Source of the DNA: Lysobacteraceae bacterium
GTDB lineage: Bacteria > Pseudomonadota > Gammaproteobacteria > Xanthomonadales > Xanthomonadaceae
Reading direction: 5' to 3'
Assembly (NCBI GenBank): GCA_026005075.1
Contig: BPKJ01000009.1
Span: 3,435-67,434 of the forward strand
DNA: 64,000 nt
Shown: piece by piece, positions 39,466 to 49,605 of the stretch
Position numbering within the stretch: position 1 is the first letter of the stretch
How the letters are laid out: each line of letters starts with the position of its first letter
Made by a program: the position numbers and the translations under genes
The notes under the pieces: generated by a model
The model's input: the letters and a program-made list of their open reading frames with translations, nothing else
Told to the model about the DNA's origin: nothing
Databases searched by the model: none

Positions 39466-41225
39466 CACATGCTCTCCGGCGCCGACACGCCGAGCAGGCC
39501 AAGGCCGTTCACCAGGACCTGGCGCACGCCCGCACACAGGCCGAGCCGGGCGTTACGAAGCTCCTCGTCGTCGACCAGGATCGGCAAGGCGTTGTAGTAG
39601 GAGTGGAAGGCCGAGGCCAGTTCGCGCAGGTAGTTGGCCACGATCTGCGGGCCGCGCTGCTCGGCGGCCGCCTCGACCACCTCCGGAAAGCGCATCAGGG
39701 CATCGAGCAGGGCGGTCTCGTGCGCTTCGACCAGCCGCCCGCGCGCCGCATCGGCCGCGGTGCGGTTGTAGCTGCCATGCTTCTCGGCGAGCTGGCGGAA
39801 CAGCGCGCAGATCCGCGCATGCGCGTACTGGATGTAGTAGACGGGATTGTCGTTCGACTGGCTCTTGGCCAGTTCGAGGTCGAAGTCCAGGTGCTGGTCG
39901 TTGCTGCGCATCACGTAGAAGAAACGCGCAGCGTCGGTCCCCACCTCCTCGCGCAGCTGGCGCAGGGTGACGAAACTGCCGGCGCGCGTCGACATCTGCA
40001 CCCGCTCGCTGCCGCGGAACAGGATCGCGAACTGGACGAGGCGGATCTCGATCTTCGCCGGATCCAGCCCCAGGCCCTGGGCGGCGGCCTTGAGGCGGGC
40101 GATGTAGCCGTGGTGGTCGGCGCCGAAGATGTAGATGGCGCGGTCGAAGCCACGCTCGAACTTGGACAGCAGGTAGCCGAGGTCCGAGGCGAAGTAGGTG
40201 GTGATGCCGTTCTCGCGCCGCACCACGCGGTCCTTGTCGTCGCCGAAGTCGGTGGCGCGGAACCACAGGGCGCCGTCCTTCTCGTACAGGTGGCCCTTGG
40301 CGTCGAGGGTCTCGATGGCGCGCTGGACGTAGCCCTCGGTCAGCAGGGAGCGCTCGGAGAAGAAGTTGTCGTGCTGGACGCCGAAGGCGGCGAGGTCCTC
40401 GCGGATGTCGGCAAGGCACCATTGCAGGCCGGCCTCGAACACCTTGCGGTAGCCATCCTCGCCCAGGAGCTTGCGCGCGCGCGCGATCAGGGCGTCGATG
40501 TGGGCCTCCTTGTCGCCGCCCTCGGACTCGTCCGGCGGCAGGCCCTCGGTGATCTCGAAGGCACTCCGGCGCAGGTCGTCGCCCTCGGCCGCGCGCAGCG
40601 TGCGCGCGATCTCGATCACGTAGTCGCCCTTGTAGCCGTTGTCGGGGAAGCGCACGTTGATTCCGCCCAGCTCGTGGTAGCGCAACCAGATGCTCACCGC
40701 GAGGATGTCCATCTGCCGGCCGGCATCGTTGACGTAGTACTCGCGCTGGACCCGGTGGCCGATGGCCTGGAGCAGCGCCGCGACCGAGGCGCCGTAGGCC
40801 GCGCCGCGCCCGTGGCCTACGTGCAGCGGGCCGTTGGGATTGGCGGAGACGAACTCGACGGTCACCGACTCGCGACTGTCCGGCTCGCCGAAGCCGTAGC
40901 GGTCGCCGAGTTCGGCGATCTGCCTGAGCACGGCGAGCTTGCAGCGGCTGGCCAGACGGAAGTTGATGAAGCCGGGGCCGGCGATCTCGACCTTCTCCAC
41001 ATGCTGCGACTGCGGCAGCGTGGCGACGATCATCTCGGCCAGCTCGCGCGGCTTGTGCCCGGTGGGGCGGGCCAGCAGCAGGGCGACGTTGCAGGCGTAG
41101 TCGCCATGCTCCGGCGCGCGCGCGCGCTCGATCTGGAAATCGGGTTCGGCATCGAAGGCAAGGCGCTCGGCGCGGCGCAGGTCGAGCAGCGCCTGCAGCA
41201 CCAGTTCACGCAGATGGTCTTTCAC
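39465..41225 (-). CDS. argS: Arginyl-tRNA synthetase
   Basis: VEFVSANPNGPLHVGHGR (HIGH), YYVNDAG, GADHHGY, MSTRAG, YYIQYAHAR. Confidence 0.97.
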   Translation of the reverse strand: MKDHLRELVLQALLDLRRAERLAFDAEPDFQIERARAPEHGDYACNVALLLARPTGHKPRELAEMIVATLPQSQHVEKVEIAGPGFINFRLASRCKLAVLRQIAELGDRYGFGEPDSRESVTVEFVSANPNGPLHVGHGRGAAYGASVAALLQAIGHRVQREYYVNDAGRQMDILAVSIWLRYHELGGINVRFPDNGYKGDYVIEIARTLRAAEGDDLRRSAFEITEGLPPDESEGGDKEAHIDALIARARKLLGEDGYRKVFEAGLQWCLADIREDLAAFGVQHDNFFSERSLLTEGYVQRAIETLDAKGHLYEKDGALWFRATDFGDDKDRVVRRENGITTYFASDLGYLLSKFERGFDRAIYIFGADHHGYIARLKAAAQGLGLDPAKIEIRLVQFAILFRGSERVQMSTRAGSFVTLRQLREEVGTDAARFFYVMRSNDQHLDFDLELAKSQSNDNPVYYIQYAHARICALFRQLAEKHGSYNRTAADAARGRLVEAHETALLDALMRFPEVVEAAAEQRGPQIVANYLRELASAFHSYYNALPILVDDEELRNARLGLCAGVRQVLVNGLGLLGVSAPESM

Positions 41226-41300
41226 GGGGGCGGGTTTCCAGGGCAGAGCCGCCCATTGTAACGCCGCGACGATGGGAGCCGCCGGTCGCGCCGGTTACCG

Positions 41301-41334
41301 CTGTCACCGGACCGCAAGAATCGCGGCCTACCCT
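41301..41334 (+). promoter_or_regulatory. Pho-box-like site plus -10 upstream of the TonB/ExbBD operon
   Basis: CTGTCAC-CGGA-CCGCAAG followed 10 bp later by TACCCT; near-identical copy at 49495. Confidence 0.55.
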
Positions 41335-41382
41335 CTCGGGCTTCCGGATCCGGCAGCCGGGTCCGTGTTCGAGGACGTCACC

Positions 41383-42159
41383 ATGGGTCGCAGCGAAGGG
41401 ACGAGGAGGCCGCGCCTCCAGCCCGCAATCCTTCTTCTGGTCCTGCTCTCGACGGCCGCGGCCGCCCAGCCGGAGCTGGGCGAGCGGCTGGTCGCCCTGC
41501 GCGGCGAGGTCGAGCGGCTCGACAGCGAGCTGGTGCTGCTGCGCGAGGAGCAGCGCACCCTGCTGGCCGGGCTCAACGCCCAGCGCGCCGAACTCGAGGC
41601 CAGCCTCGACCGCCAGCGGCGGCTGACCCGGGACCTGGCCGCCCGCCGTGCCGCCGCCGAGGACGCGGCCGCCCAGCGCGAGCAGGCCGGGCAGGCGCTG
41701 CGGCCGGTGCTCGAGGCCGCCATCGACCGTGAGGCCGCGCGGATCCGCGGCGGGTTGCCGTTCAAGGTCGAGGAGCGCGTGGCGGCCCTGGAGGAGATCC
41801 GGCGGCAGATGGCGGACGGCACGCTGAGCCCCGGCCGGGCGGCCAGCCGTCTCTGGGCCTTCTTCGAGGACGAGCTCCGCGGCGCGCGCGAGGTCGCCCT
41901 GCACAGCCAGACCGTGGTGCTGGGCGGGGAGCGGGTGCTGGCCGATGTGGTCAAGGTCGGCAGCATGGCGCTGTACTTCCGTACCCCGGACGGGCGCTTC
42001 GGCCAGGCCGTGCGCGGCAGGGACGGGTGGGACTACCGGCTGGCCGAGGATGCATCGTTCCGCGCCCCGGTCGCGGCCCTGTTCGACGCGCTGCGCAAGC
42101 AGATCCGCCGCGGCTGGTTCCAGCTTCCCCAGCTCGCGGCGGCGGAGGGGCAGCCATGA
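41383..42159 (+). CDS. DUF3450-family periplasmic coiled-coil protein (TtpB-like)
   Basis: Signal peptide, coiled coil, LPFKVEER, ALYFRTPDG; first gene of an exbB/exbD/tonB cluster. Confidence 0.78.
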   Translation: MGRSEGTRRPRLQPAILLLVLLSTAAAAQPELGERLVALRGEVERLDSELVLLREEQRTLLAGLNAQRAELEASLDRQRRLTRDLAARRAAAEDAAAQREQAGQALRPVLEAAIDREAARIRGGLPFKVEERVAALEEIRRQMADGTLSPGRAASRLWAFFEDELRGAREVALHSQTVVLGGERVLADVVKVGSMALYFRTPDGRFGQAVRGRDGWDYRLAEDASFRAPVAALFDALRKQIRRGWFQLPQLAAAEGQP

Positions 42160-43544
42160 GCGCACGCCTTGCCCTGCTTCTGGCCCTGTTCCTTGCCCGG
42201 CTGCCCATGCCGCTGGCCGCGGAAACGGGGGCCGCGGACGAGGACGCCGGGGCGGGTGCGCCCCGGGTGCGGGTCGAGGATGCCTTCCGCCGCGAGTTCG
42301 CCCTGCTCGAAACCCAGAAGCGCGAGCTCACGCAGCAGATCGAGCAGACCCGCGCGGCGATGGCGGCCGAGCGGCGCAGGCTGGAGGCCGAGATCGGCCG
42401 CCTCGAGGCCGGGCTGCTCGCCGCGCAGTCGGAAGCGGCCAGCGCACAGGAGGCCCTGACCCGTGCCGAGCAGCAGGCCGTCGCGGGCGCCGACGCCGGC
42501 GACCTCATCGGCGCCACGCTCGAGCAGGCGGCCTCGACCCTGCGCGGACTCGGTCTTGCCCTGCCGTCCGTGGAAGCCATCGACGAGGAGGCCGTGCCGG
42601 CCCGGCTGCAAGCGATTCTGGTCAGGGCCGGGGACCTGCTGGCCGCGCTCGCCACGGTGCAGCAGGAGCCGGGCCGCTACTACCTCGCCGACGGCACCGA
42701 GGTCGAGGGCACGCTGATCCGCTACGGCGACGTCGCCCGTTTCGCCGTGGGACAGGCCGGCAGCGGCGCGCTGGCGCCCGCGGGGGGCGGTCGCTTCCGT
42801 CTGCTCGCCGAGCCGGACGCGGCGGCGAGCGCGCAGGCGCTGGCCGGCGGCACGGTCCCGCCGGTCCTGAAGGCCTTCCTCTTCGACAACCCGAACGTGG
42901 CGGTGGAGGAGCCTGCCGCGCGTTCGCTGCTCGACGAGCTGCGCAAGGGCGGGCTGATCGGCTACGTGATCCTGCTGCTGGGCGCGGTGGCGGCGGTGCT
43001 GGTGGTGCTGCGCGCGGTGTTCCTGCACAGCGCAGGCTCTTCCGTCGCGGCCATCCTCGAGGCGATCACCCCGGCCATCCGCCAGCGCCGTACCGACGAG
43101 GCCATCGCGCAGGCCAAGCGCTTCAAGGGCTCGGCCGCGCGCGTGGTGACCGCGGCCCTGCGCAACGCCGACCGTGACCGCGAGCACCTCGAGGACATCG
43201 TCGCCGAATCGATCCTGCACGAGTCGGGCCGCCTCAACCGGTTCGGCAGCCTGATCACGGTGATCGCCGCGGTGGCGCCCCTGCTCGGTCTGCTGGGTAC
43301 GGTGACCGGGATGATCCAGACCTTCGAGGTCATCACCGAGTTCGGCACCTCCGATCCGAAGCTGCTCTCCGGCGGCATCGCCACCGCGCTGGTCACCACC
43401 GAGCTGGGCCTGATCGTGGCCATCCCCTGCCTGTTGCTCGGCAGCCTGCTGGCCGGCTGGGCGGAGCGGATCAAGGACGACATGGAGAAGGCAGCCCTGC
43501 GCGCCATCAACCTGCACATGGCCAGCCGGACCCAGGGGGCCTGA
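42156..43544 (+). CDS. MotA/TolQ/ExbB family protein with long periplasmic N-terminal extension (TtpC-like)
   Basis: Signal peptide + coiled coil, then APLLGLLGTVTGMIQTF, SGGIATALVTTELGL. Confidence 0.88.
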   Translation: MSARLALLLALFLARLPMPLAAETGAADEDAGAGAPRVRVEDAFRREFALLETQKRELTQQIEQTRAAMAAERRRLEAEIGRLEAGLLAAQSEAASAQEALTRAEQQAVAGADAGDLIGATLEQAASTLRGLGLALPSVEAIDEEAVPARLQAILVRAGDLLAALATVQQEPGRYYLADGTEVEGTLIRYGDVARFAVGQAGSGALAPAGGGRFRLLAEPDAAASAQALAGGTVPPVLKAFLFDNPNVAVEEPAARSLLDELRKGGLIGYVILLLGAVAAVLVVLRAVFLHSAGSSVAAILEAITPAIRQRRTDEAIAQAKRFKGSAARVVTAALRNADRDREHLEDIVAESILHESGRLNRFGSLITVIAAVAPLLGLLGTVTGMIQTFEVITEFGTSDPKLLSGGIATALVTTELGLIVAIPCLLLGSLLAGWAERIKDDMEKAALRAINLHMASRTQGA

Positions 43545-43570
43545 GGCGCATGGGCTGGGACAGGCGTGGC

Positions 43571-44198
43571 ATGAACGCGTTCACCGAGCCCGGCGCCGGC
43601 CTGCTCGACCAGCTTGGCGCCTACCTCGCCAGCGGCGGCTACGTGACCGTGCCGCTGCTGCTGGTCGCCACGGCGCTCTGGTATGCGCTCGGCGTGCGCT
43701 GGGCCCTGCTCCAGCGCGGCAGCAAGAAGAATGTCCGCGTGCTCCTGCGCCGCCATGTCGAAGGCCGCGCCGGCAAGGTTCGCGGCGTCACCGGGCGCGC
43801 GATCGAGCTCGGGCTGGCGCTGCGCGCGCGCGGGGTGAGCCCGCTGCGGCGGCACCTCGACGATGCCTTCGCCGAGTTCGAGCAGGACCTCGGCCGCCAC
43901 GCCCGCACCGTCACCGCCCTGGTCGCGGTGGCGCCGCTGCTGGGCTTGCTCGGCACCGTGGCCGGGATGATCGAGACCTTCGCGTCGCTGGGCGAGATGA
44001 GCCTGTTCTCGCAGACCGGCGGCATCGCCGGTGGCATCGCCACCGCCCTGTTCACGACCCAGCTTGGACTGGTGGTCGCGGTGCCTGGCTACGTCTGCAA
44101 GGCCCTGCTCGACCGCCGCCAGCAAGCAGATCGCGATGGACCTCGCAAGGATCAAGGACCTCCTGGTCAGCGAGCCGCCCCCCGAATCGGAGTCCTGA
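43571..44198 (+). CDS. exbB: ExbB proton channel protein; +1 frameshift at ~44123 near the C-terminus
   Basis: APLLGLLGTVAGMIETF, GGIATALFTTQLGL; removing C44123 gives KQIAMDLARIKDLL..TGA 44196-44198, just before exbD. Confidence 0.85.
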
Positions 44199-44202
44199 GC
44201 CC

Positions 44203-44616
44203 ATGCTGCGCCGTCGTCCGCAAGCCTCCGCCGAGACCGGTGTCGATCTCACCCCGATGATCGACATGACCTTCATCCTGCTGATCTTCTTCATGGTCTC
44301 GACCACCTTCGTCAAGGACCTCGAAGTCGACCTCGAGCGTCCGGGCGCGCAGAGCGCCACCAAGGCTTCGGGGCAGGCGATCCGGGTCTACATCGACCGC
44401 AAGGGCGAGACCTATCTCGACGGCCAGCCGGTACGCAGCTGGGTGATCCAGAGTCGCCTGCGTGATCTGCTCGGGACCTCGACCCGCAAGGCGGTGCTGG
44501 TGGTCGCCGACGCCGCGGTGCCCGCCCAGCAGTTGATCGACGTGGTCGATGCCGCGCGCCTTGCCGGGGCCGAGGACGTCGGCGTGGCCACCGTGGCCGA
44601 GGCGGGGGAGGGCTGA
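44203..44616 (+). CDS. exbD: ExbD/TolR family biopolymer transport protein
   Basis: DLTPMIDMTFILLIFFMVSTTF, VVADAAVP..LIDVVD. Confidence 0.93.
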   Translation: MLRRRPQASAETGVDLTPMIDMTFILLIFFMVSTTFVKDLEVDLERPGAQSATKASGQAIRVYIDRKGETYLDGQPVRSWVIQSRLRDLLGTSTRKAVLVVADAAVPAQQLIDVVDAARLAGAEDVGVATVAEAGEG

Positions 44617-44619
44617 GCC

Positions 44620-45249
44620 ATGACGCCCTTGCGCAGGGCTCGCCGGGCAGGCGTGGTCAGCGCCGTGCTCGGTCTTGCGCTGGTGCTGGGCCTGGTGCTG
44701 GCCATGAACGTCGGTCTCAAGCGGCCCGCGGCGGACGCCGGCAAGCCGGCAAGCCGCATCGAGGTGGTGCGCAAGCCGCCGCCGCCGAGCGGGCCGGTGC
44801 GTCCGCCTGCGCCGCCGCCGCGGCCGGTGCCGCGTCTTGCACCGCCGCCGATGGTGGGGCTCGGGGGCGGCCTGCCCGGCCTCGATTTCGGCGGCGCGCC
44901 CACCGGGCTCGGCGAGCTCGATCTCGACCAGGGCCAGTCGGACCCGGACGCCGACCTGGTCATGACCGAGGACGTGGTCGATGTGCCACCGCGCGCCGTG
45001 GTCCGACCGCCCATGCCCTACCCGTCGCGGGCGCGGGCGCAGGGCATCACCGGGCACGTCGTGCTTGGGGTGCTGGTCGGCGCCGATGGCAAGGTGGAGA
45101 AGGTGCGGGTGCTGGAATCGCAACCCAGCGGCGTGTTCGACGAGGTCGCCAGCGCCGGCGTGCAGGCCTGGAAGTTCGAGCCGGCGCAGTACCGGGGCCG
45201 GAACGTGCGCGTCTGGGTCCGGCAGAAGGTGAGGTTCGACCTGTCATGA
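44620..45249 (+). CDS. tonB: Energy transducer TonB
   Basis: N-terminal TM, Pro-rich linker, YPSRARAQGITGHV, WKFEPA. Confidence 0.9.
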   Translation: MTPLRRARRAGVVSAVLGLALVLGLVLAMNVGLKRPAADAGKPASRIEVVRKPPPPSGPVRPPAPPPRPVPRLAPPPMVGLGGGLPGLDFGGAPTGLGELDLDQGQSDPDADLVMTEDVVDVPPRAVVRPPMPYPSRARAQGITGHVVLGVLVGADGKVEKVRVLESQPSGVFDEVASAGVQAWKFEPAQYRGRNVRVWVRQKVRFDLS

Positions 45250-46406
45250 GGCCTACCCGTGCGATGCCCCTGCTCGCGGGCCTGGTCCTGGCGCTGCTGC
45301 TCCTCGCGCCGGTCCTCGCCGCCACGGATGCGGTCGAACTCGACCACCTCGCCCTCGCCGCGCGCCTCGTCGCCGATGGCGAGTACGCGCGCGCGGAGCG
45401 GGTGCTGGGCCAGGTCGACCCGCAGGAGGAGGGGCTGGATCTTGCGAGCTACCACACCCTGCGCGCCCGGGTGGCGCAGGAGCGCGGTCGGCAGGACGAG
45501 GCGGCCCAGGCCTATGAGGCGGCCTTGGCGCACGGTGCGGGCGGCTCGGTGCGGCTGCGTCTTGCGCAGGTGCTGATCGAGCTCGGGCGCCATCGGCAGG
45601 CGCTGGATGTCCTCGGCAAGGCCGGGCCCGACCTCGACGAGGCGGTGGCCACCTGGCTGTTGCGCGCCCATGCACAGTGGAAGCTCGGGCGGATGCAGGC
45701 GGCGATGGACACCCTGGACGAGGCCGCCGCCCGGTTTCCGCAGGAGCCTGGGTTCCGGCGTCGCCAGGTGCTGTACCTGATCGAGGTCGGGCTGTACCGG
45801 GAGGCCGCCGAGCGTGGACGGCAGCTGCTGCAAGGGTCCGGCGCGCGCGCCGCCGACTACGCGGCCCTGGGTACCGCGCTGCGTCGCGCCGGTGCGGTGC
45901 GCGAAGCGTTGGCCCTGCTCGAGGCCGGGCGTCTTGCGCATCCGCAGGATGCCGCGATCGTCAAGGCGCTGGCGCAGGCCTGGCTCGATCACGGTGCTCC
46001 GCTCGCCGCCGCCAGCCTGCTGGCCGGGCAGGCCAGCCTCCATCCCGAGCTGTATGCCGAGGCCGCCGAGCTGTTCCGCCGGGCCGGCCATCCACGGCGG
46101 GCGCTGATCCTCAACGCCAGGGTGCCGGATCCCGTGCGCAAGCTTCGCCAGCGGGTCGGCCTCCTGCTCGCGCTCGGGCACTACGACGCGCTGGTCGGCC
46201 TCGAGCGCGCGCTGCACCGTGCCGGGCTGCTCGAGGATCAGGAAATCCGCTACGCCCTTGCCTACGCCCAGTACCGCGCCGGGGCCTTCGCCGAAGCCGA
46301 GCGCCACCTGGTGCCGATCTCCCGCCCCGACCTGTTCCGCAAGGCCACCGAACTGCGCCGCCTGATGCAGGAATGCGCCGATCGGCGCTGGGCCTGCAGC
46401 GGATGA
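45246..46406 (+). CDS. Periplasmic TPR protein (TtpD-like)
   Basis: Signal peptide then tandem TPR-like helices; overlaps tonB stop and TBDR start. Confidence 0.8.
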   Translation: MRPTRAMPLLAGLVLALLLLAPVLAATDAVELDHLALAARLVADGEYARAERVLGQVDPQEEGLDLASYHTLRARVAQERGRQDEAAQAYEAALAHGAGGSVRLRLAQVLIELGRHRQALDVLGKAGPDLDEAVATWLLRAHAQWKLGRMQAAMDTLDEAAARFPQEPGFRRRQVLYLIEVGLYREAAERGRQLLQGSGARAADYAALGTALRRAGAVREALALLEAGRLAHPQDAAIVKALAQAWLDHGAPLAAASLLAGQASLHPELYAEAAELFRRAGHPRRALILNARVPDPVRKLRQRVGLLLALGHYDALVGLERALHRAGLLEDQEIRYALAYAQYRAGAFAEAERHLVPISRPDLFRKATELRRLMQECADRRWACSG

Positions 46407-49400
46407 AACGAGACCGACCCGCCATGCGCAACCTGTTGTCGCTGCTTTTTTTGCTGCTGCCCGTGGGGGCGGTGCTTGCCGCCGACCCCGCGCGGCTGGC
46501 CGTGTACGTCTTCGACGGCGATCGCCCGGTCGAGGGCGTGGCGCTGCGCGCCAGTGGCACCGAGCTGGGCAGGACCAGTACGGACGGCGCCCTGCACCGC
46601 ACGATCGCCCCCGGTGAGCACCGGATCCAGCTCCTGCGCGGGGAAGATGAGCTGGCGACCCTGCCCTTGTCCCTGCAGGAAGGCGAGGACGCCCAGCTCA
46701 TCGTCGTGCTGCGTGCCGGCGCGGCACCGCGGCTCCTGCTGGAGAGCTCCCACCGCGCCCCGCGCACGCTGGAGGCGGCGGCGCCGGCCGGTCCGCCAGG
46801 CCGGCTCGCGGGGCGGATCGTCAGTGCCGAGGACGGCCGTGCGGTGGCGGGGGCGCGCGTCTACGTCGCCGGCACCCCGCTCGACCTGCGCACCGACGCC
46901 GAGGGGCGTTTCGAGGTCGAGCTCGCCGCCGGGAGCCATGCGATCTCGATCCTCGCGCCGGGCTTTTCCAGCCAGACCATCGAGGCGGTCGAGGTGCCTG
47001 CCGGCGAGGAAAAGCGGATCGCCATCGAGCTCACCCCCGCGGGCGTCGAGATGCCGGAGTTCGTGGTCATCCAGCCCTTCGTCGAGGGCTCGCTGGCCGC
47101 CTTCGCCGAGGAGCGCCGCACCAGCTCCGCGGTCGCCGACCTGCTCGGCGCCGAGCAGATCTCGCGCGCGGGGGACTCCGATGCCGCCGGTGCGCTCAAG
47201 CGGGTCACCGGTCTGACCCTGGTCGACGGGCGTTTCGTCTACGTGCGCGGCCTGGGGGAGCGCTATGCCTCGGTGCTGCTCAACGGTGCCCAGGTGCCGA
47301 GCCCCGACCCGACCCGCCGGGTGGTGCCGCTCGACCTCTTCCCGGCCGACATCCTGCAGGGCATCGTCGTGCAGAAGACCTTCAGCGCCGACCTGCCCGG
47401 CGAGTTCGGCGGCGGCACCATCCAGCTGCGCACCCGCGGCATCCCGGAGGGCTTCGTGCTCAAGGCCGGGCTGGGTCTGGGCCACGCCGCCGGAACCACC
47501 GGCGAGCAGGGTCTGGGCTATGCCGGCGGGAACCGCGACTGGACCGGCTTCGACGATGGCAGCCGGGCCGCGCCTCCGGGTCTGCTCGGCCCGGCCCTGC
47601 CCAGCGATCCGGCGGCCCTGGAGGCGCTGGGCGAGGAACTGGCCGGCCGCGGCTTCGGGGTCCGTCGGCGCACGCTTGGCCCCGGATCCAGCGGCTCGTT
47701 CGCGCTGGGCGACGTGTTCGAGGCCGAGGCGGGCTGGAGCCTTGGCTACCTTGCCAGCCTGCGCCACAGCCAGAGCTGGGACCACCGCACCGAGCAGCGC
47801 GCCGCCTTCAGCGTGCTCGGCAACGGCCAGCTCATCCCGCTGACCCGCTTCGAGCGGCAACGTACCGAACGTTCCATCGATGCCGGGGCCTTCCTGGCCA
47901 CCGGCCTGAAGCTGGGCGAGGACCACGAGATCAGCGCAACCGCCTTCGAGGTCAGGCAGACGGTCGACGAGACCCGCATCGACGAGGGCGTGCTCGGCTC
48001 CGGCAACCTCGAACGGCAGTTTCTGCTGCAGTGGACCGAGAACGAGCTGTTCGCGACCCAGCTCGGCGGACACCATGCCCTCCGCGGCGAGGACGGACCG
48101 CGCATCGCCTGGCAAATCACCGACTCGCGGGCGCGCCGGCAGGCGCCTTTCGCGCGCGAGTACGGCTTTTCCTACGACGAGGGCTTCGACGCGTTCTTCT
48201 ACAACGGCCAGAACCTGATCCGTTACGAAAACCTGGTCGACGATGCGCGCCAGTGGCGGCTCGACCTCGAGTGGCCATGGCGGATGGGCGAGACCGCGAC
48301 GCTGACGCTGCAAGCCGGGCTCGACCGTCTCGACCGGTCGCGCCGATCGAGCATCGACCGTTTCGCCTACCGCGGCGGTCGCGTCCGCGATGCGACCTCG
48401 ATCGACGAGGTGCTGCAGCCCGGGCTGATCGGGCCCGATCCGCGTCAGCTGCGGCTGCAGCGATCCACGCAGCCGACCGATGCCTACACGGCAGGGCAGC
48501 GCCTCGACGCGCGCTACCTTGGCGCCGACCTCAGGCTCGACCGCTGGCGCTTCGTGCTCGGCCTGCGCGAGGAGCACAACGACCAGGAGGTGCGCACCCG
48601 GCCCCTGTTCGCCGGCCCGGAGGTCGCGCCCGTGGTCGGTCGCGTGCAGGCCACCGACCGCCTGCCCTCGGCCGCCATCACCCGCAGCCTGGGCGAGAAC
48701 GCGCAGCTCCGGCTTGGTCTGGCAAGAACGGTGTCGAGGCCGGACTTCCGCGAACTCTCCGAGGCGCCCTTCATCGACCCCCAGCTCGACATCCGCGTGC
48801 AGGGCAACCCCGAGCTGCTGCCGGCCGCGATCCGTCACCTCGACCTGCGCTGGGAGTACTACTTCAGCGCCACCGAAAGCCTTTCCCTGGCGTGGTTTCG
48901 CAAGGATTTCGACCACCCCATCGAGCTGGTCCGGGTGCCTGCCTCCGGCGAGCTCCTGGGCATTCGCAATGCCGAGGCCGCCCGCAACCGGGGCATCGAG
49001 ATCGATCTCTATGCCTCGATGGGCAAGCTCGGGAAGCTGCCCTGGCTGCCCCGCTGGATGCAGGGCCTGCCGTGGGACCAGTTCTGGCTTGGCGGCAACT
49101 ACGCGCGCATCGACTCCGAAATCGATCTCGGCAGCAGCCGCGGCACCCAGACCAGCGCCCGGCGACCCTTGCAGGGCCAGTCTCCGTATGTCGGCAACCT
49201 CAGCCTGTCGTGGCTGCATCCGCAGGGCGACTTCGAGGCCACGCTGCTCTACAACGTGTTCGGTCCGCGCATCGCCCAGGTCGGCGACAGCGGCGTGCCG
49301 GATGTCTACGAGCAGCCGTTCGGGCAGCTCGACTTCACCTTCACGCGGCGGCTCGCGCCGGGCTGGAGCATGAAGCTGCGTCTGCGCAACCTGCTCGACC

Positions 49401-49489
49401 CCGAGCAGCGCTACCAGGTGGGCGACGCGATCACGCGGCGCTTCCACAAGGGCCGCGAGGTCCAGCTCGCCCTCGAGTGGCGGCGCTGA
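46403..49489 (+). CDS. TonB-dependent receptor with N-terminal carboxypeptidase-regulatory-like domains
   Basis: Signal peptide (alt start 46424), GRLAGRIV..RVYVAG, plug (ALKRVTG, VRGLGERY, FPADILQGIVVQKTF), NLLDP and C-terminal aromatic residue. Confidence 0.9.
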   Translation: MKRDRPAMRNLLSLLFLLLPVGAVLAADPARLAVYVFDGDRPVEGVALRASGTELGRTSTDGALHRTIAPGEHRIQLLRGEDELATLPLSLQEGEDAQLIVVLRAGAAPRLLLESSHRAPRTLEAAAPAGPPGRLAGRIVSAEDGRAVAGARVYVAGTPLDLRTDAEGRFEVELAAGSHAISILAPGFSSQTIEAVEVPAGEEKRIAIELTPAGVEMPEFVVIQPFVEGSLAAFAEERRTSSAVADLLGAEQISRAGDSDAAGALKRVTGLTLVDGRFVYVRGLGERYASVLLNGAQVPSPDPTRRVVPLDLFPADILQGIVVQKTFSADLPGEFGGGTIQLRTRGIPEGFVLKAGLGLGHAAGTTGEQGLGYAGGNRDWTGFDDGSRAAPPGLLGPALPSDPAALEALGEELAGRGFGVRRRTLGPGSSGSFALGDVFEAEAGWSLGYLASLRHSQSWDHRTEQRAAFSVLGNGQLIPLTRFERQRTERSIDAGAFLATGLKLGEDHEISATAFEVRQTVDETRIDEGVLGSGNLERQFLLQWTENELFATQLGGHHALRGEDGPRIAWQITDSRARRQAPFAREYGFSYDEGFDAFFYNGQNLIRYENLVDDARQWRLDLEWPWRMGETATLTLQAGLDRLDRSRRSSIDRFAYRGGRVRDATSIDEVLQPGLIGPDPRQLRLQRSTQPTDAYTAGQRLDARYLGADLRLDRWRFVLGLREEHNDQEVRTRPLFAGPEVAPVVGRVQATDRLPSAAITRSLGENAQLRLGLARTVSRPDFRELSEAPFIDPQLDIRVQGNPELLPAAIRHLDLRWEYYFSATESLSLAWFRKDFDHPIELVRVPASGELLGIRNAEAARNRGIEIDLYASMGKLGKLPWLPRWMQGLPWDQFWLGGNYARIDSEIDLGSSRGTQTSARRPLQGQSPYVGNLSLSWLHPQGDFEATLLYNVFGPRIAQVGDSGVPDVYEQPFGQLDFTFTRRLAPGWSMKLRLRNLLDPEQRYQVGDAITRRFHKGREVQLALEWRR

Positions 49490-49494
49490 GCCGC

Positions 49495-49529
49495 CTGTCA
49501 CCGAACCGCAATCCCGCTGCCTTCAACCT
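49495..49529 (+). promoter_or_regulatory. Second Pho-box-like site plus -10 upstream of the secreted beta-helix gene
   Basis: CTGTCAC-CGAA-CCGCAAT then CAACCT 11 bp later; 16/17 identity with 41301-41317. Confidence 0.55.
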
Positions 49530-49605
49530 GCAAGACCCGACCACTAGCTTGGTCGCGTGCCGGGGCTTGCACCGGCGCGATTCCTTCCACGTGCAGAGGT
49601 ATCCC

